Assembly (NCBI GenBank): GCA_040143965.1
Contig: JASJQH010000003.1
Coordinates: 1 to 64,000 of the forward strand
Reading direction: 5' to 3'
Origin: Basidiobolus ranarum
Taxonomy: Eukaryota
Length of the DNA stretch: 64,000 nucleotides
Shown one piece after another: positions 35,322-49,247 of the stretch (the stretch's first letter is position 1; the number at the start of each line of letters is the position of its first letter). The position numbers and the translations under genes were made by a program. The notes beneath the pieces are model-generated. The model worked only from the letters and a program-made list of their open reading frames with translations. It searched no databases and had not been told where the DNA came from.

Positions 35322-38300
35322 ATGCAGAATTCTTCACATGATTCCGCTCTTTTAGGAAGCAATGTACCTTATGTTGATTATGATAACAATGATCCTCTAG
35401 CCGACACTGAAGAAGGCAACTTTCCTTTGTTTTCAAATAGTTCGGATAGAGATCGTCTTTTAAATCAAGGATTCACATCAACCTATGATCCAGAGCCTGA
35501 AGATGAATATGAGGAGGATGAGGCTCCACCTTCCTTAATGATAGAGCTTAATCATCTAAACCAGTCAAGGCCAAGTCAAGTCCATAGGAGAAAGGGGCTA
35601 TCTCGAGTATACAAATCAGTACCAACTTCGGAACTACGAGAAAGAGCCCTATATCGCTGGCACAATATCGATAATCTAGATGTGTTTTTTGAACGAGTAA
35701 ATATAATATAACTAGAATCATGTTATGCCAAAAAAAAGAATATTAATAGCAATCTTCTATACAGGTATATTCATATTACACTGGGAAGGGGATATATTGT
35801 ATTTTACTTTCACGAGTATTAAACCTTTTGTAGGTTTCGAATCTAATTCTGAAGTTGTGGAGTGATACTAATTGAGCACATTATGATTGATAGGACATTT
35901 GCATTCATCATTGGGTTCACGCTCTTTATTATGGACTGTGTTGATTATTCGAAGATTCAGCCACATGGCCGATTGTCCGATGTTGTGGTCCCTCAATGTA
36001 TAACCAGGTAATGTGGTCAACAAACCAACTCATGGTCTTCGAATGATGTGACTCATTTCTCAAACTGTCTTATTAGATTGTCTGGCATATCGGCGTTGTT
36101 CACAGTGATTTTCTTTATCTTTTGGATTTGGCAATTCTTGCGGTTGATCTTCGATATTCGAGGTTTGCTCGATATGAATCATTTCTATACATATCTTCTA
36201 GAAGTCCCTGATGTTAGTAATTACAAACACAACTTGTAAAGTTATAGCTTACTAATGGCTTGGTGGTTGATAGGTTGACATGCAAACAATCGAGTGGAGG
36301 GAGGTAGTGAAAAGAATAATCGATTTAAATGATCAAAACCCCTCAGTATTAGCAAATCAACAAAGTAGAATGAACGTGCACAGCATCGCAAATAGAATAA
36401 TGCGAAAGGAAAACTACATGATCGCCCTATTCAACAAAGAAATACTTGATTTGACAATTCCGTTTCCATTTTTACGACACCGAAAGATCCTTACCAAAAC
36501 ACTAGAATGGAATCTTTCATTCTGCATTGTGAGCTACGTTTTTGATGAACAAGGACAAGTTCGAAAGCGATTCCTAAGAGACGTTCAAAGAGGCTATCTC
36601 GTCCAAGGGTACATATCTATGGAGGATATTTCATAACATATGCTCGTACTTGCTAACCCGAGTATTTCTAGGTTGAAGCGTCGTTTGTACTTCATGGGCA
36701 TAATCAATATTATCTTTGCTCCGTTCATCATAATCTACCTAATTCTGTTCTTTTTCTTTCGATATTTTGAGGTGTGTACTGCTTTTTTTGACATAGAAGG
36801 GATATTTTATCTCATTAAGGAACTGCATATACTGACAAGATTATCCTAGGAATACTATAAAAATCCTAGTTCTCTCGGCTCCAGGCAATACACCCCTTTT
36901 GCACGTTGGAAGTTCAGAGAGTTCAACGAGCTTCCTCATCTCTTTCAAAAGCGCTTAACCAACAGCTACGATAATGCTATGAAGTACATTAATCAATTTC
37001 CAAAAGAGAAGACTGCATTGATTTCACGGTAATCTATAGCATTCCTCATTTCATACGTTTCTATAAGATATTAATGTCCTTCGTAGATTTGTTGCATTCA
37101 TCGCCGGTTCCTTTGCCGCAGTTCTAGCAGTAATCACAATCTTTGATCAGGAGGTTTTGCTTGGCTTTGAGATTTCTCCCGATAAAACTGTCTTTTTCTA
37201 CATTGGAATATTTGGTACTATTCTTGCCATTAGTCGTGGAATGATTCCGAATGAAAATCATATATTTGAGCCGCAGAATATGCTTCAAGAAGTTGTAGAA
37301 GACACTCATTACTTACCACTAGAGTGGCAAGGAAAACTACACACTGACGAGGTAAATATTCTCTTCGACATCATACTATTTACTTTGGTCAAGCACTAAT
37401 GATTTACATATATATTTATTTACAACTATAGGTACGAAAGCAATTCTGCGAGCTTTTCGACTACAAGGTTTCCATATTTTTGCAAGAAATCCTCAGCGTG
37501 ATCTTTACACCCTTCATTCTGTGGGCTTCTCTCCCTCCTTGTAGTGATATCCTTTAGTTCGTTCAATGTGAAATCAAACTTGTTGACCATTTGTATATAT
37601 ATATCCTTAACATACTCTCTACAAAAGATAGTGGATTTCTTTAGAGAATTTACAGTACATGTTGATGGTGTCGGATATGTCTGTAGTTTCGCAGTTTTTA
37701 ACTTCAAACGAAATGGAAACATCAAGGTTTCATCGGATTTCAAACTCAGTCGCCACCACCTTTTCATATCGTTAAGAATTTTCATTTATTTTTAGTACGG
37801 AGCACCTGCCGAAACCGAAAATGAATACTTCGCTTCGAAGGAGGGAAAGATGGAGAAATCATTCCTCAACTTTAAGGTATCTCTAAAATCGATCTAAAAT
37901 TATGAAATATATGTTTTGACCATTTTTGACCCATTTATTAGGCAAATAACCCCGAATGGCAACCCAATGATCCTTCTGCTTCGATATTTCTTAGTAGATT
38001 GAATGAATTCTCTACCAACACAAATATACGCCATCCAGCTCAACACTTTGAATATCCCGAGTCTAGTATGGCCATGGGATCCAGTAATATATTGAGGAAT
38101 CGACATGGTTATGAGAATTCAAGAAGAGGATCATACTTTAAGAACAACATTTCTAATGTAAGACGACCAGTTGCCATACCGAAAGTCTATGTAGCGGATG
38201 ATGATGGAGGACAAATATCTGGATCAGAGGGAACAGCTGAATCAGCACTCCTATCTTCTGGAAGTTCATTACATGGAAATCATGAACGCTCTGGAACTGG

Positions 38301-38424
38301 TATCATCGCATTATTAAATCAGGTAAAGAAATCCATTTATCATGAATACACAACTTTTATTTCAATCCAATTAATATATGAAATCTCTTCATAGATTTAC
38401 GAAAATAATGGATTACTTAGTTAA
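35322..38424 (+). CDS. ATG9: Autophagy lipid scramblase Atg9, about 13 exons
   Basis: [68 protein letters not shown] and [10 protein letters not shown]. Confidence 0.95.
37547..37622 (+). other. U12-type AT-AC intron in ATG9
   Basis: 5' ATATCCTTT, branch point TCCTTAAC (37604-37611), 3' AC. Removal gives [16 protein letters not shown]. Confidence 0.92.
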
Positions 38425-38766
38425 GGAAATTTCATGGATAGTATTTGAAATGATTTGTTGTAAATAATATAAATGGTATGAAGATGTATTCTGGAGATGA
38501 TATGAGCTCATTTTATCTAAACCCCCTCCTCTTCCTCAACCTTTCTCCATTGCTTCTCAATTAATCCAATTGTTAACTCTAACCGTTGCGTGTAGGAAGG
38601 AGAGGGAAGTGAAAAGGGGAGTCTTTTTTAAATTCGAAATAAATCAAGAAATCATTTTTATCAATTTCCAATTTATTCACCATTGAAGTGGAAGGGAATA
38701 TTTTATTGAAATAATTAATAAGAAATACCCGATCAAAGAGGATAAAGTGAATATTGAAAAATTCAC

Positions 38767-39903
38767 TTATTTAGTGAGTGATCTTCTTTTAGAGATATCT
38801 CTTAATACTTTACGTCCAGTTATAACACTGATTAGACTAAGTATTAAAAGATACCATAATGTATCAAAGATATTCAAATCTGTCCAGTAACGATAATAAA
38901 GATATCCAGTGGATGCTAAACTACCCAAGAAACCAATAGCAGGGAACATCTCGGTAGGAGAATTAATAGGGAAATTACTGACATTTACACCTAATGAACT
39001 CCACTAAAAATCCATTCCAAAAAATCATTAGAATAAAGTAATATGATGGTGAAAAGTTAGATATGCTTATACTTACAGAAATGAATAACCAAACCCATGG
39101 ACTAAGAACAATCAAAGTAAATAATGAAGAAAGCCATTGTGGTGGAAGTTCTTCCGCTTTTCTAAATATATGATGAATTTCTGGACGTGGTCCAAAGGTG
39201 GCTTTATGTTCACTCTCTTCGGTTTCCTTAGGAGGAGTTAAATCAAAGTGTACTTCACCAATTCTATACTTGAGTGCATCGGGAATGGAAAATGTTCCAA
39301 GTAAAATGTCCAATTGATATTCTCCAGGTGTATTAAAGAAACTTTTGGCTTTTCCTTTTGTAGCATCCTAAGATTATAAATAACCAAAAATCAATATATT
39401 CAGTTAGAATAAAAATAATACGCGTTGAAATATGTTATGTAATCCTTTTAAAATACCAAAAGTAACTTGTATTTTCCAGACTTGGTAGAATCCAATTTTT
39501 TAACAGTTTGAGCTCCAGTGATATGAGTGAAAAGTGCGAAAGCCTGGTGAGCACGAACTGGTTTCTCCCCTTCAGAAGTCTTTTGTTTAAGATTGAATGA
39601 TACTCTAAGCCTCTCGTCTGGGTGTACGGTTAAAGGAGTCGTCAAAGATTGTGGATAATTTATACTTTAAGGGTTTATAAAGAGAATCGGATTAAAAGGT
39701 GTGCTTTCTTGAGAAAATTCATAATTTCTTGTGTATATCTCCGCTTACCTTTGAGAAAGACGTCTAACTTCACTAGCTGAAATGGAAACATCTACTTTAG
39801 AAAGGATAAAACTAGGTTCCTCTGGTTGACACCAAACACTCTGAAGTAGAGTTAAGGATAATAAACACAGTAAAGTAAACTGTGTAATAGGGAACTTGAA
39901 CAT
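38767..39903 (-). CDS. SWP1: Oligosaccharyltransferase subunit Swp1/ribophorin II
   Basis: Signal peptide, RAHQAF, FGPRPEIHHIFRKAEELPP and three C-terminal TM segments ending GRKVLRDISKRR. Confidence 0.85.
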
Positions 39904-40620
39904 CTTAAATAGCATAAAGACTACACCACCGTCACTTGAGTCTATTCTATTGCTTTTCATACCGTGAAGTTCAACAACGTCGACCAAAGTCACGTGCCAG
40001 ATGCTGTCCATACATAAGCAACCACGGATTCTCGAGATTTCAGGAATTCCAACGAATTACAAGCGATTGTGTAGAAAAATCCAATACTTATTCCTATATT
40101 GTTGTAGTTCATTCAACTCCATGAGGTGTGGGATTAGATTGATCCAATAGATATTAGATACATAGGAATGTTGGGAAAGTGACGCATAATTCATCTTTGC
40201 TAATGCTAGAATCGAGTTGTTACTATCTGCTACAGTCAAATCCCCTGGATATCACTTGGAATTGTGAAGACTTGAAAAATGAACCAAAATATTGGGGGTG
40301 TCTTGAACGATGAAGTATAAAGAAGAAATGATTAATATTCTATCTAGATAGATTTCAAGTGACTTGTGAAGCATTTCATAAATGACCAACCATTACCTTG
40401 AATATGGTGCTCTAAAACATTCTTGATGACGATACTCACTCATAGAAATCCGCTCCGAAGAATGATTAGGCAATAATAAATGGGTTTATTTGAATTTAAT
40501 GTATAGAATAAGCAGAGGGGAATCGTCTCGATCAGAAGGAAAGGTAATCATAATAAACGCGTGTACAAAGGAATGTACGAAGGAATCCATCAATGACTTT
40601 AAAAGGTGTATGAATTATGA

Positions 40621-42837
40621 TTAATCTAAGAAGATACTTCCAAAATAAACTGGGGACAATTTTCGGATTTCCTCTATAAATTAATTCTGTAAGTACTCAT
40701 ATCAAGTACCTTTCAGCAGTGTATTTTTGAACGCTATCTTACCTTCAACATCATGTAAAGACATCGTTTTTTTGTGGATGATCACGTAAAACTCCCTCTC
40801 ATCAGAGTTCTTTCCAGCAATCCAAAAACCTGACTCGTGGCGTACAATCATCTCAGTAGTGCTTTTGTTACTAATTCAATGCTTTTATCTGAGTGAGTGA
40901 TCCTTAAGAAGAAAGAGAACATTCAAAGTACCTCAGTAAATCATCCCGGAGATTGTTCAAACAATTCTTCATTTCTGTTGTTATGACAAACGAACTGTTA
41001 GAGATGGAGTTGGTTCCATTCGCTCCTTGATTCACGCCATCTTGTGTGCGAATTGCCAAGTTCAATTTGTTGTAATGAATGAAATAATATTGCTGTTTCT
41101 CTTCCTCCCTGAATTATCATCATCATCATGGGTTAGAGTGGCTTTGCAAGGAGTATCGAATGTATAAAGTACTCACTTTTGTTTGCAGTAGAGTGCCCAA
41201 TCTTCTTGGATTTTATTGCTTAGTTCGTTTGCACCAGGTTGAAGCCATTCATCAAGAGAACGTAAGTATTCCAAATCTACCTCAATTACTTCCTCAGTTT
41301 GGGGTTCCACTGGTATAAACAAGCATAACGTGTATGATTTGTTATACTAGATATATTTACGAAACACGAAGATTCAAATGGATATCTGTTAGCAAGCCGC
41401 AAGAATGAATCATGTTGATTAGAAAAGGGAGCATTCTTACATTATATATCACCACATAGTGCTCTACTTCATCCTCACCCAATCTCAACCTAGTCAAGTC
41501 TACGAGTTCACTAGAGTTCTCGAGATCTACTGGAGGCATGAGAAACTTTGCATCAACTGGGGTATGTTCAGACTCACTAAGAGTAGGTGAGTTCACCGCT
41601 GACGAATTCGAACTCCACAATGAACCTAACAATGCTGCTCCACGTTGGCGTAAGCTTGACGTAGGTTTCTGTGGACGACATAAAATGAGGATTCGAACAT
41701 TATCCAGTTCAAGTGTGTAGCAAATACCTTTTCTTTCTTATTGATTGCCTGAATCATCATCTTCAGATCTGACGTCTCAAAAAGTAGCTCCCTTAAATAA
41801 TGGCACACTGAGCGTATATCATCGTCGTTGGGTAAACCAGTCCATACAACTTGTCCTTCCCACATGATAAATGCGTTGGAGATATTATGGAAACGAGATT
41901 GTAAATCATCGACGAACGATCTTGCGTGAAGGAATGTTGACTTGGATAGAGGGTGAAATACAATTCCTAAAAGTGATGGAAGATGGATGCTTTCGTAAGT
42001 AATCTCTAGACATATGAAGGGCTCGCTTTCTTGATTGTACCATCGATTATATTGAGTAAATCAAACTTATTAAAGTCCCATTCCCAAACACGAGTTGAAT
42101 AGAATTCTTCCAGTTTTAAGCGCAGCGTTTTTATTGACTGCTTTTCAACGGTTGAAGTAAAACTTCCGTGCATTAACTACAAGTAGTATGTTAACATGTT
42201 GAATATAGATATTAAATAAGTAGAAGAACGTTATAGTTTACCTTATATAATTTATAAGATTGTTTGAGTATCTCCGAAATCATACGATTATCTAAGGTAG
42301 TATCTTGATAGTTAACAATCGTATTTTCCTTATTCCTTTTCGAAGGGCGTACTTTCTTTGCAAGTTCGACATTCTAGTAACATACAGAGGTTATTTTAAA
42401 CAAAAGAATCAAATAACGCAATAGAATAAATCGTTACCAAAGTCATCCAATACCCAGGTTCTGGTTCAAAAAATATTAACCTATTCTTCTGAGAGTGAAC
42501 GTTCTCACAAGGTTGGTCAGGTGAGAAAACCCTGAATGTTTCAAGTAAATATTCCTTGTTAGTTCCTTTAAAAGTTCTTTCTTACTAGCCATTTACTAGA
42601 CTACACAGTTCTTATAAAAGAAACCTTTTAAAATTCCAAGCCTTACTTTGTGAAATTCACTAAAGCTTGAGCCAATCCTACTTGTCTCATTTTAACATCG
42701 ATAGGTGTCGTTTGTCGTGCGGTGTAGTAGAGTAATTGCTCGTGTTGAGTCTCTTCGGTTGGACCAAACTCTGGATTATAAATACAAAAATGAGATACCA
42801 CATGAGGACTGCTACTAATTGGTAGCGGTGGTTCCAT
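40621..42837 (-). CDS. CCZ1: Vacuolar fusion protein Ccz1 (Mon1-Ccz1 GEF subunit), multi-exon
   Basis: HFCIYNPEFGPTEETQHEQLLYY, MRQVGLAQALVNFT, FFEPEPGYWMTL and a C-terminal longin region FWIAGKNSDEREFYVII. Confidence 0.88.
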
Positions 42838-43658
42838 CGCTTAACGTGAAAATCTAGTACTAAGGAAAGGTTTAAAAACGGAAGTCTTTCCTTCCAAAAA
42901 GTTGGAGTGAAATGATATACACTAACAAAATTTCGTTCATATATCGCCTTGCAATGACTGCATTAATTTCACCATCACTGTGATCTCCTCACTCTGCCAA
43001 TGATCAGTAGAATTGGAAAGATGATTTATGAATATATTATCTACATATAATAACAATGCATTCAAATATGTTTCACATTAAGGATACTCACAAATAAGCG
43101 CTTGATCAGTAGTGGGTTTCTAGGATACCATGATTAGAGGTAAATAATACCCTGAGATTCACTTTCGTCAGTAATGTTAGTAAACTTGAGCAAGTACTCA
43201 GTAAGCATTTAGTTGCCATTGTTATAACTAGCATTTATACTTCATCCTTACTATACCCAGGCTCAATTGACTGGATGAGATGTGAGAAACTATGGTACTT
43301 TCTTTATCACGCATATCTCCTTACTGACTGCATACTTTGGGTTTAATGAAAATTACCCATAGATTTGTGGAATAGAAGAGCATACATTTAGAAAGACAAT
43401 GACTCCAATAAAGTTCCTTCCAAATCTTTCCCATTTAATGATAATCCTATTGGAGTGGTGGAGGGTTTCGTTATTTGTAAATGGAATTAAGTGAAACTGA
43501 ATATGAATAACATGTCAAATATTAGGGTTGGAAAGGGTATGCAAGACGTTGTGTTGTGTATTGAAATGATGGTTTTATAGAGAGTGTTGTGGTAAGAGTT
43601 TGATGTAGAGTGGAGTGGAGTAGAGTGCTACGAAGCTATAAGAACCATCACTCATTTT

Positions 43659-45774
43659 TTAACCGTCCGAAGTTGCTGTTTCGTAACAAGAATCACAAAC
43701 TCTCACTGGACTTTTTGACGAAGGTAACAGTATTCTATTCGAAGAGCACTTGGAGCAATAAAGTTTCCTGTAGAGAAGCGGGATATTGAATGACAAAAAG
43801 AAATTAGTCAACGTTACTCAAGCCTAGTATAAGAGCAAGAGAAGAATGAATGGTAACATGAAAACCTACCCATCACGCCTACAATGGTGCTTTCTAATAA
43901 GCATACTAAATTGCTGGCCACATTGATTACATTTCGAAGCCAGATTATTGTTCTGCCATGGTCCTTGCTGCCGGACATCTCTGGCCATATATTCCAGAGA
44001 ATTCAATCGAATCTGCAGTCGATTCATTTCCTGGGCCATTAAGATCAGTGTTTCATCTTTTTCAGCAACACTCTCTTCCAAGTGTTTGAGTTTCGAAAAT
44101 ATGCAAAGATCTGGGTTATTGATCTGCGTTTGCAACTTTTCTAAATTATTGGAGGAATTAGCAGCATTACTCTGAAGTTGGTCAGTGATTTTTTTTAAAT
44201 TCCAATAGGATTGTTCGAAGTGTCGAATTTTATCGCTCTTCTCTTGTAACTCTGTTTCGGCTCGACTCAACCTCTCGCTAGGATTCTCTCCGTTGTCCGA
44301 GTCCAATCCCCAAATAGACCGTACTGACCCCTGGAAATGTTCGAACAGTTAAATATCATAATACATGTAGACATCTAGGTAAAGTGACATACATGTTTGC
44401 GTGGTGGTGATGGCTTTGGAAAGTTGAGACCGGTTTTGTTGAACTCTTTCTATGAGAAACAGGTGAGTAACTTCAGACACTACGATGAACATGAAAATGG
44501 GGTCTTTACCATGGATTTCTGTAATTCACTGTTTTTACTTTCTAACTGCTGACATTTACGCTTTAAAGAGTTGACTTTTTTCATTAGTTCTTCATTATCC
44601 TCTGCCAGTTCGTTAGCCGCTTGCTCTTGTGCTATACACTTGATCTAGGAGGAATAACCAGCGTGAGCAACTCATCTTGTAATTGACTTTACTGAGTACC
44701 ATATCACCTCCAGACTTCGATGGGAGTCTTCTAAAAGCTGATTTCTTTCAACAACCATCAGATATTCTCTGATATCGACTGTCTCGCAGATCCCATGTGG
44801 CGGTGGGATTGGAGAAGGAACCACTTGTTCTGAAGTGACAGACATCGGTGGTGAGCTGATTAGATCAGGGGCAGCAGGCTCTTTATGTTCCATACTAAGT
44901 GAAATGGATCTATCATTAAATAAGATTTGTTCAAGCTTGTAATTTATGTAACTTACCTTTCTCGTTCGGATATGTCATGAATTTCATTATTCAACCAGCT
45001 CACGAAGTTTGCCACTGTATCTCCATCTTCCGTTTCATTCAGTTTTACTAGATTCTTGTCCTGCAATGAAAATCCGAAACTGACATAATCTAATGGAGCT
45101 AATGTTTCGGAAAATACGTCAAATTCTGAGCTAGCAACCAGCGCGTGTGGCTCATACCATTCTCTAAATATTCAAAGAAATATGGTTAATACTTCTGCAC
45201 ATAGCACCAACGCAACAACCTTTCTTTTTTACCTAACTAAACTTTGGTTATCTAGTAACACAGCTAAGGCTGTAGATAAGGTTCTCTCTCTCAAACTTAA
45301 GCGTATCCAAGCTCTAGCAGAACCTAGGCCTTTCAAAGAGGTAATGGACTTCACTTTGTCCACTGTACTTTTCAATGGTCCTAGTCTACCGTATTCAGAT
45401 TGCTCCACGATAAAATCCCAATAACATCTAAAGGTTCCCCACACATTTCCCTTGAGTCTCAAACCGTGGCGTAATACACGGTCTATCAAAGAGCACAAGC
45501 TAGACAGAAAAGGATCCTCCTGAGATATTGCGGTTCCAGTTTCCTCATAAATGGAGCATATAATGGTCACTAACACGTTGGCAAAAGATACAACATGGTT
45601 TCGTAAAGAATTTTGCTCCTTTAAAAAATTTAGTAAGGTCGAAAATGTCACCGAACTAACTCCGGGGAAAAGATGTTGTCTTTTATAGTTGTTACTTATT
45701 AATTCGTGTACTTCCGGTTCAGTAGTACGTATAAGACGAAGCACCTCTTTAAACTGTTCTTCAGTAATCGCCAT
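43659..45774 (-). CDS. RUN domain, coiled-coil and FYVE domain protein (RUFY-like)
   Basis: RUN motifs LIDRVLRHGL and ARAWIRLSLRE, a coiled coil, and FYVE WQNNNLASKCNQCGQQFSMLIRKHHCRR...CSKCS...VRVCDSC. Confidence 0.88.
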
Positions 45775-47070
45775 ATTTAAGATGTGTAGAAAGTTCGTTC
45801 TTCCTTTTAAGATAACAGGGATTTCAAAGTAAAATAAAATAGTATAAGCTTGAACTTATAAATCGATTGCTTATTCCACGTAAGCTCTGGTTGAGAGAAC
45901 AGCTAGCTCGTGTACCAAATTTTTGACTTGGGGTTTTTTTGGTAGAAAATGATAACGTAGTGCAAAGGGGCTACGTTAGAGAAGAATTATGAGTGAACTG
46001 AGTTGATATTTTGAAGTGTGTATGAGATTGGACTTACTCTATCTGTTTCTTTTAAGAAACAGGTTTAGTTTCATGAATTAAAGTATCAAGGAATTTTTTT
46101 TAATTTGAGCTCGTTATTTATGTCGTTAACAAAAGCTCGTCTCAATACTTTGAGAGAAGTGTTTGAGAAATAGTAAATATGGTAGAATTAGAAAATAGGG
46201 GAGTATTAACAAAAAGGAGTGTAAATAGACAAGTTATTTCAAGAAAAGGTATAGGAAAGTGTTATCTATATAGCTAGAAAAAAAAGCCACCAAACCGGTG
46301 AATAAACCCTCTTTGTTTTAGGTGAAAGGAAGGGGTTAGCGTGGGTTGGATGAAGGAGTAAATAAATAATACGAAATGATTTCGATGATAGAGATGATTA
46401 AACAAAGGATTACTGAAAGCTTCAATTCACTTATCTACATACACTCAATTTTGGTCAGTCTTAATTTGATGTATATTTCAGGCAGGGAAGGTTACTGAAC
46501 CGGAAAAAATAAAGTTTTATTGGCAATTCCTAAACAAAGTAACCACCTCAATCCTCCACATATAATTTATACTTTTTCAAGTGAACTGACATGTAACTGC
46601 TCATATGTTAGGGTTAACAGACGTAGTCCAAATAGAAAATATCGATGAAAGGGCAGGCGGGGGAGCTTGAGATTGCTGGGATATATCATAAATATCGCTG
46701 CAGTGGAAGCTCTTCCCTGCTTCTATTCTATCATTGAATTCTATTTATCTGCTTACTCAGATAATCTATGTAGCGTGATCATTATATGCTGGAAAAGGTG
46801 GTAGAATTAGGGTTAGGGCTATGGATAAGAGTTTAGCTATTGATTCGTTTCGATCAGCAACAATTGATACAAGAAACATGAAACAAATGATTGTATTGAT
46901 TCTACTGTTTTAGCTACATCAACTCGGATTGAATTCGTGACCTCTCATTCAGATGATTATTAAGTAAATTGATTTGATTTCGAGTATGACATAAGTGCCT
47001 TGTGTATAATATTCAACCATTAAACTGACTAGTTCTACTCAGTATACTTTCTTATTTTTAACCAAACAAA

Positions 47071-48830
47071 ATGTCCAATATGGAGGAGGAAAGTCTAACC
47101 AAGAGAAAGAGAACCAACAAAACCATAGTTCAACAAGTGAATAACCTTGACTTGGACACTTACTTGGCTAATTATAAAGGTACATAGTTATTCACCATTT
47201 GACCGATGATGATTCTTAACTTAAAATTTAAAAGGAACCTTCCACCATAACACTCACATCCCTTACTTGCCCTTCCCCAGGTCATGCTCGCTTTGAACGA
47301 TTATTATTTATAGCAGAAAGATGCCCACCTTTACAGGTTGAGGCCTATAAACAAACCTTAAAAGAAATCCAAGCAAACTCTAGTGATACCAATAAGTACC
47401 TAGATACTTTGGCCAAGTTAAATGAGGTTCTAATAAGCAAGGGAGAGGAAACGGTCAGTCAGGATAGCGCTTGGATAGAGACTACCAACAAACGTAATAA
47501 ACTTCATGCAGAGAAATTAGAGGCTGAGCTAAAAAACTACAAGAACAACCTCATAAAAGAAAGTATTCGGGTATGGTCATGATTGTATCTTCCGAAGTAC
47601 AGTTTGGACTATGGGCTAACCAAGTTTGTTATCGCTTCGTACAGATGGGTCATAAAGATTTGGGAGATCATTATTATCACTGTGGAGACCTCGCTACTGC
47701 CCTCAAATGCTATTCTCGTACACGCGATTACTGCACCACTGCTAAACATATCACTAATATGTGTATGAGCGTAATACAGGTAAATTGGAATTTATTTACG
47801 TGGAATCATATATGAATGTTAGAGTAACCGTATGAAATGATACAATAATCACAGGTCAGCATTGAAATGAAGAACTTCAATCATGTTCAAAGCTTCGTAA
47901 GCAAAGCAGAGGCAGCCCCAGAGACCCAGGATAAAAGCTTGATTCAAGCTAAGCTTCATTGCAGTTCAGGATTAGCTCATTTAGATTCAGGACGCTATAA
48001 ACTAGCAGCAAAATCATTCCTCGACACTTCATTTGAATTAGGCTCCAATTACAATGAGGTAGAGAAGAGTTTCACTAGAGAAATCAAAAGTAAAATTCAA
48101 ACATTTCGCTAACTTAGATATCCAGATTATTGCACCGAACGACATTGCTATCTATGGTGGTTTATGCGCATTGGCAACCTTTGATCGCACCGAGTTGAAG
48201 AGCAAAGTAATCAGTAATACCGAGTTCAAAAAATTCCTTGAACTGGAGCCGCATATTCGTGAATTAATTCTTGGCTTCTACAGCTCTAAATATACACTTT
48301 GTCTAGAAATTATGGACAAGTGGAAGGTACGCATAGTTGTAACGAACACATTGTATGGCTTTAATAACATTAACTCTCTGCTAGAATGACTTTCTATTGG
48401 ACATTTATCTTCATAACCATGTGGAGGTTTTATATCGCATGATTAGAATGAAAGCATTAGTTCAATATTTCACTCCTTTCCAATCCGTGGACTTGAACAA
48501 AATGGCACAATCGTTTTCCACAACAGTTAACAAATTGGAATTAGAAATTGCTTCGTTGATTATGAACAACAACATCCAAGCTCGAATTGATAGTCACAAC
48601 AAGGTAAGCTTCCAACGCTGTATTCAAGAATAGATGGTTACGCATAGTATACTCACCAACTCATATAGATACTCTATGCCAAACGAATAGATCAACGCAG
48701 TCATGTATTCCAAAATTCTATCGCTATGGGACAACAATACGAGAAAAATGCCCGAGCTTTACTCATCCGAGTTAAATTACTTCAAGCTGAGCTTATCGTT
48801 AATGGCAAATCAGATGGTAGAGATTATTGA
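47071..48830 (+). CDS. CSN1: COP9 signalosome subunit 1, 7 exons
   Basis: [64 protein letters not shown] and PCI-domain [10 protein letters not shown]. Confidence 0.93.
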
Positions 48831-49247
48831 AATTCAGTCAGCTCAACTTCAACTGGATGCTTCCTCTTCATCATGGTTTAATGACACCTTTGATTCAAGC
48901 AGAATAAATATCCCACATGTCTATTGTCTTGATTTATATCCAATGGTTACATCAAATGGGTGAATTATGTATAAATTTTGGTATAAAGAGAAAGAAAACT
49001 AAATGAATACCAAAATACGAATTATTGTATGGGTGAAGCAAATATGTGTAAAATGGGATATATAGCAAGCCGATCTTGACCTGAAATCTATTCAGTATTT
49101 CCACCATCACCCAAGTGCATATGCCAGTAGAGAACGAAGTACCTTGCTTATTTGGTGATATCTTGATTATATAAGCACTCGACAGCGAGTTGTTTCCACA
49201 AAGGTGATTATGACTCGATCTTACTAACGGTCGGTGTTAGTAAGCAA

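Noticed and set aside
37877-37941. ATG9 intron starting GTATCTCT as a possible U12 intron
   Set aside because: The donor deviates from GTATCCTT and there is no CCTTAAC branch point. Probably U2.
46808-46819. TTAGGG doublet and scattered TAACCCT/TTAGGG motifs
   Set aside because: At most two units each, so not a telomere or interstitial telomeric array.
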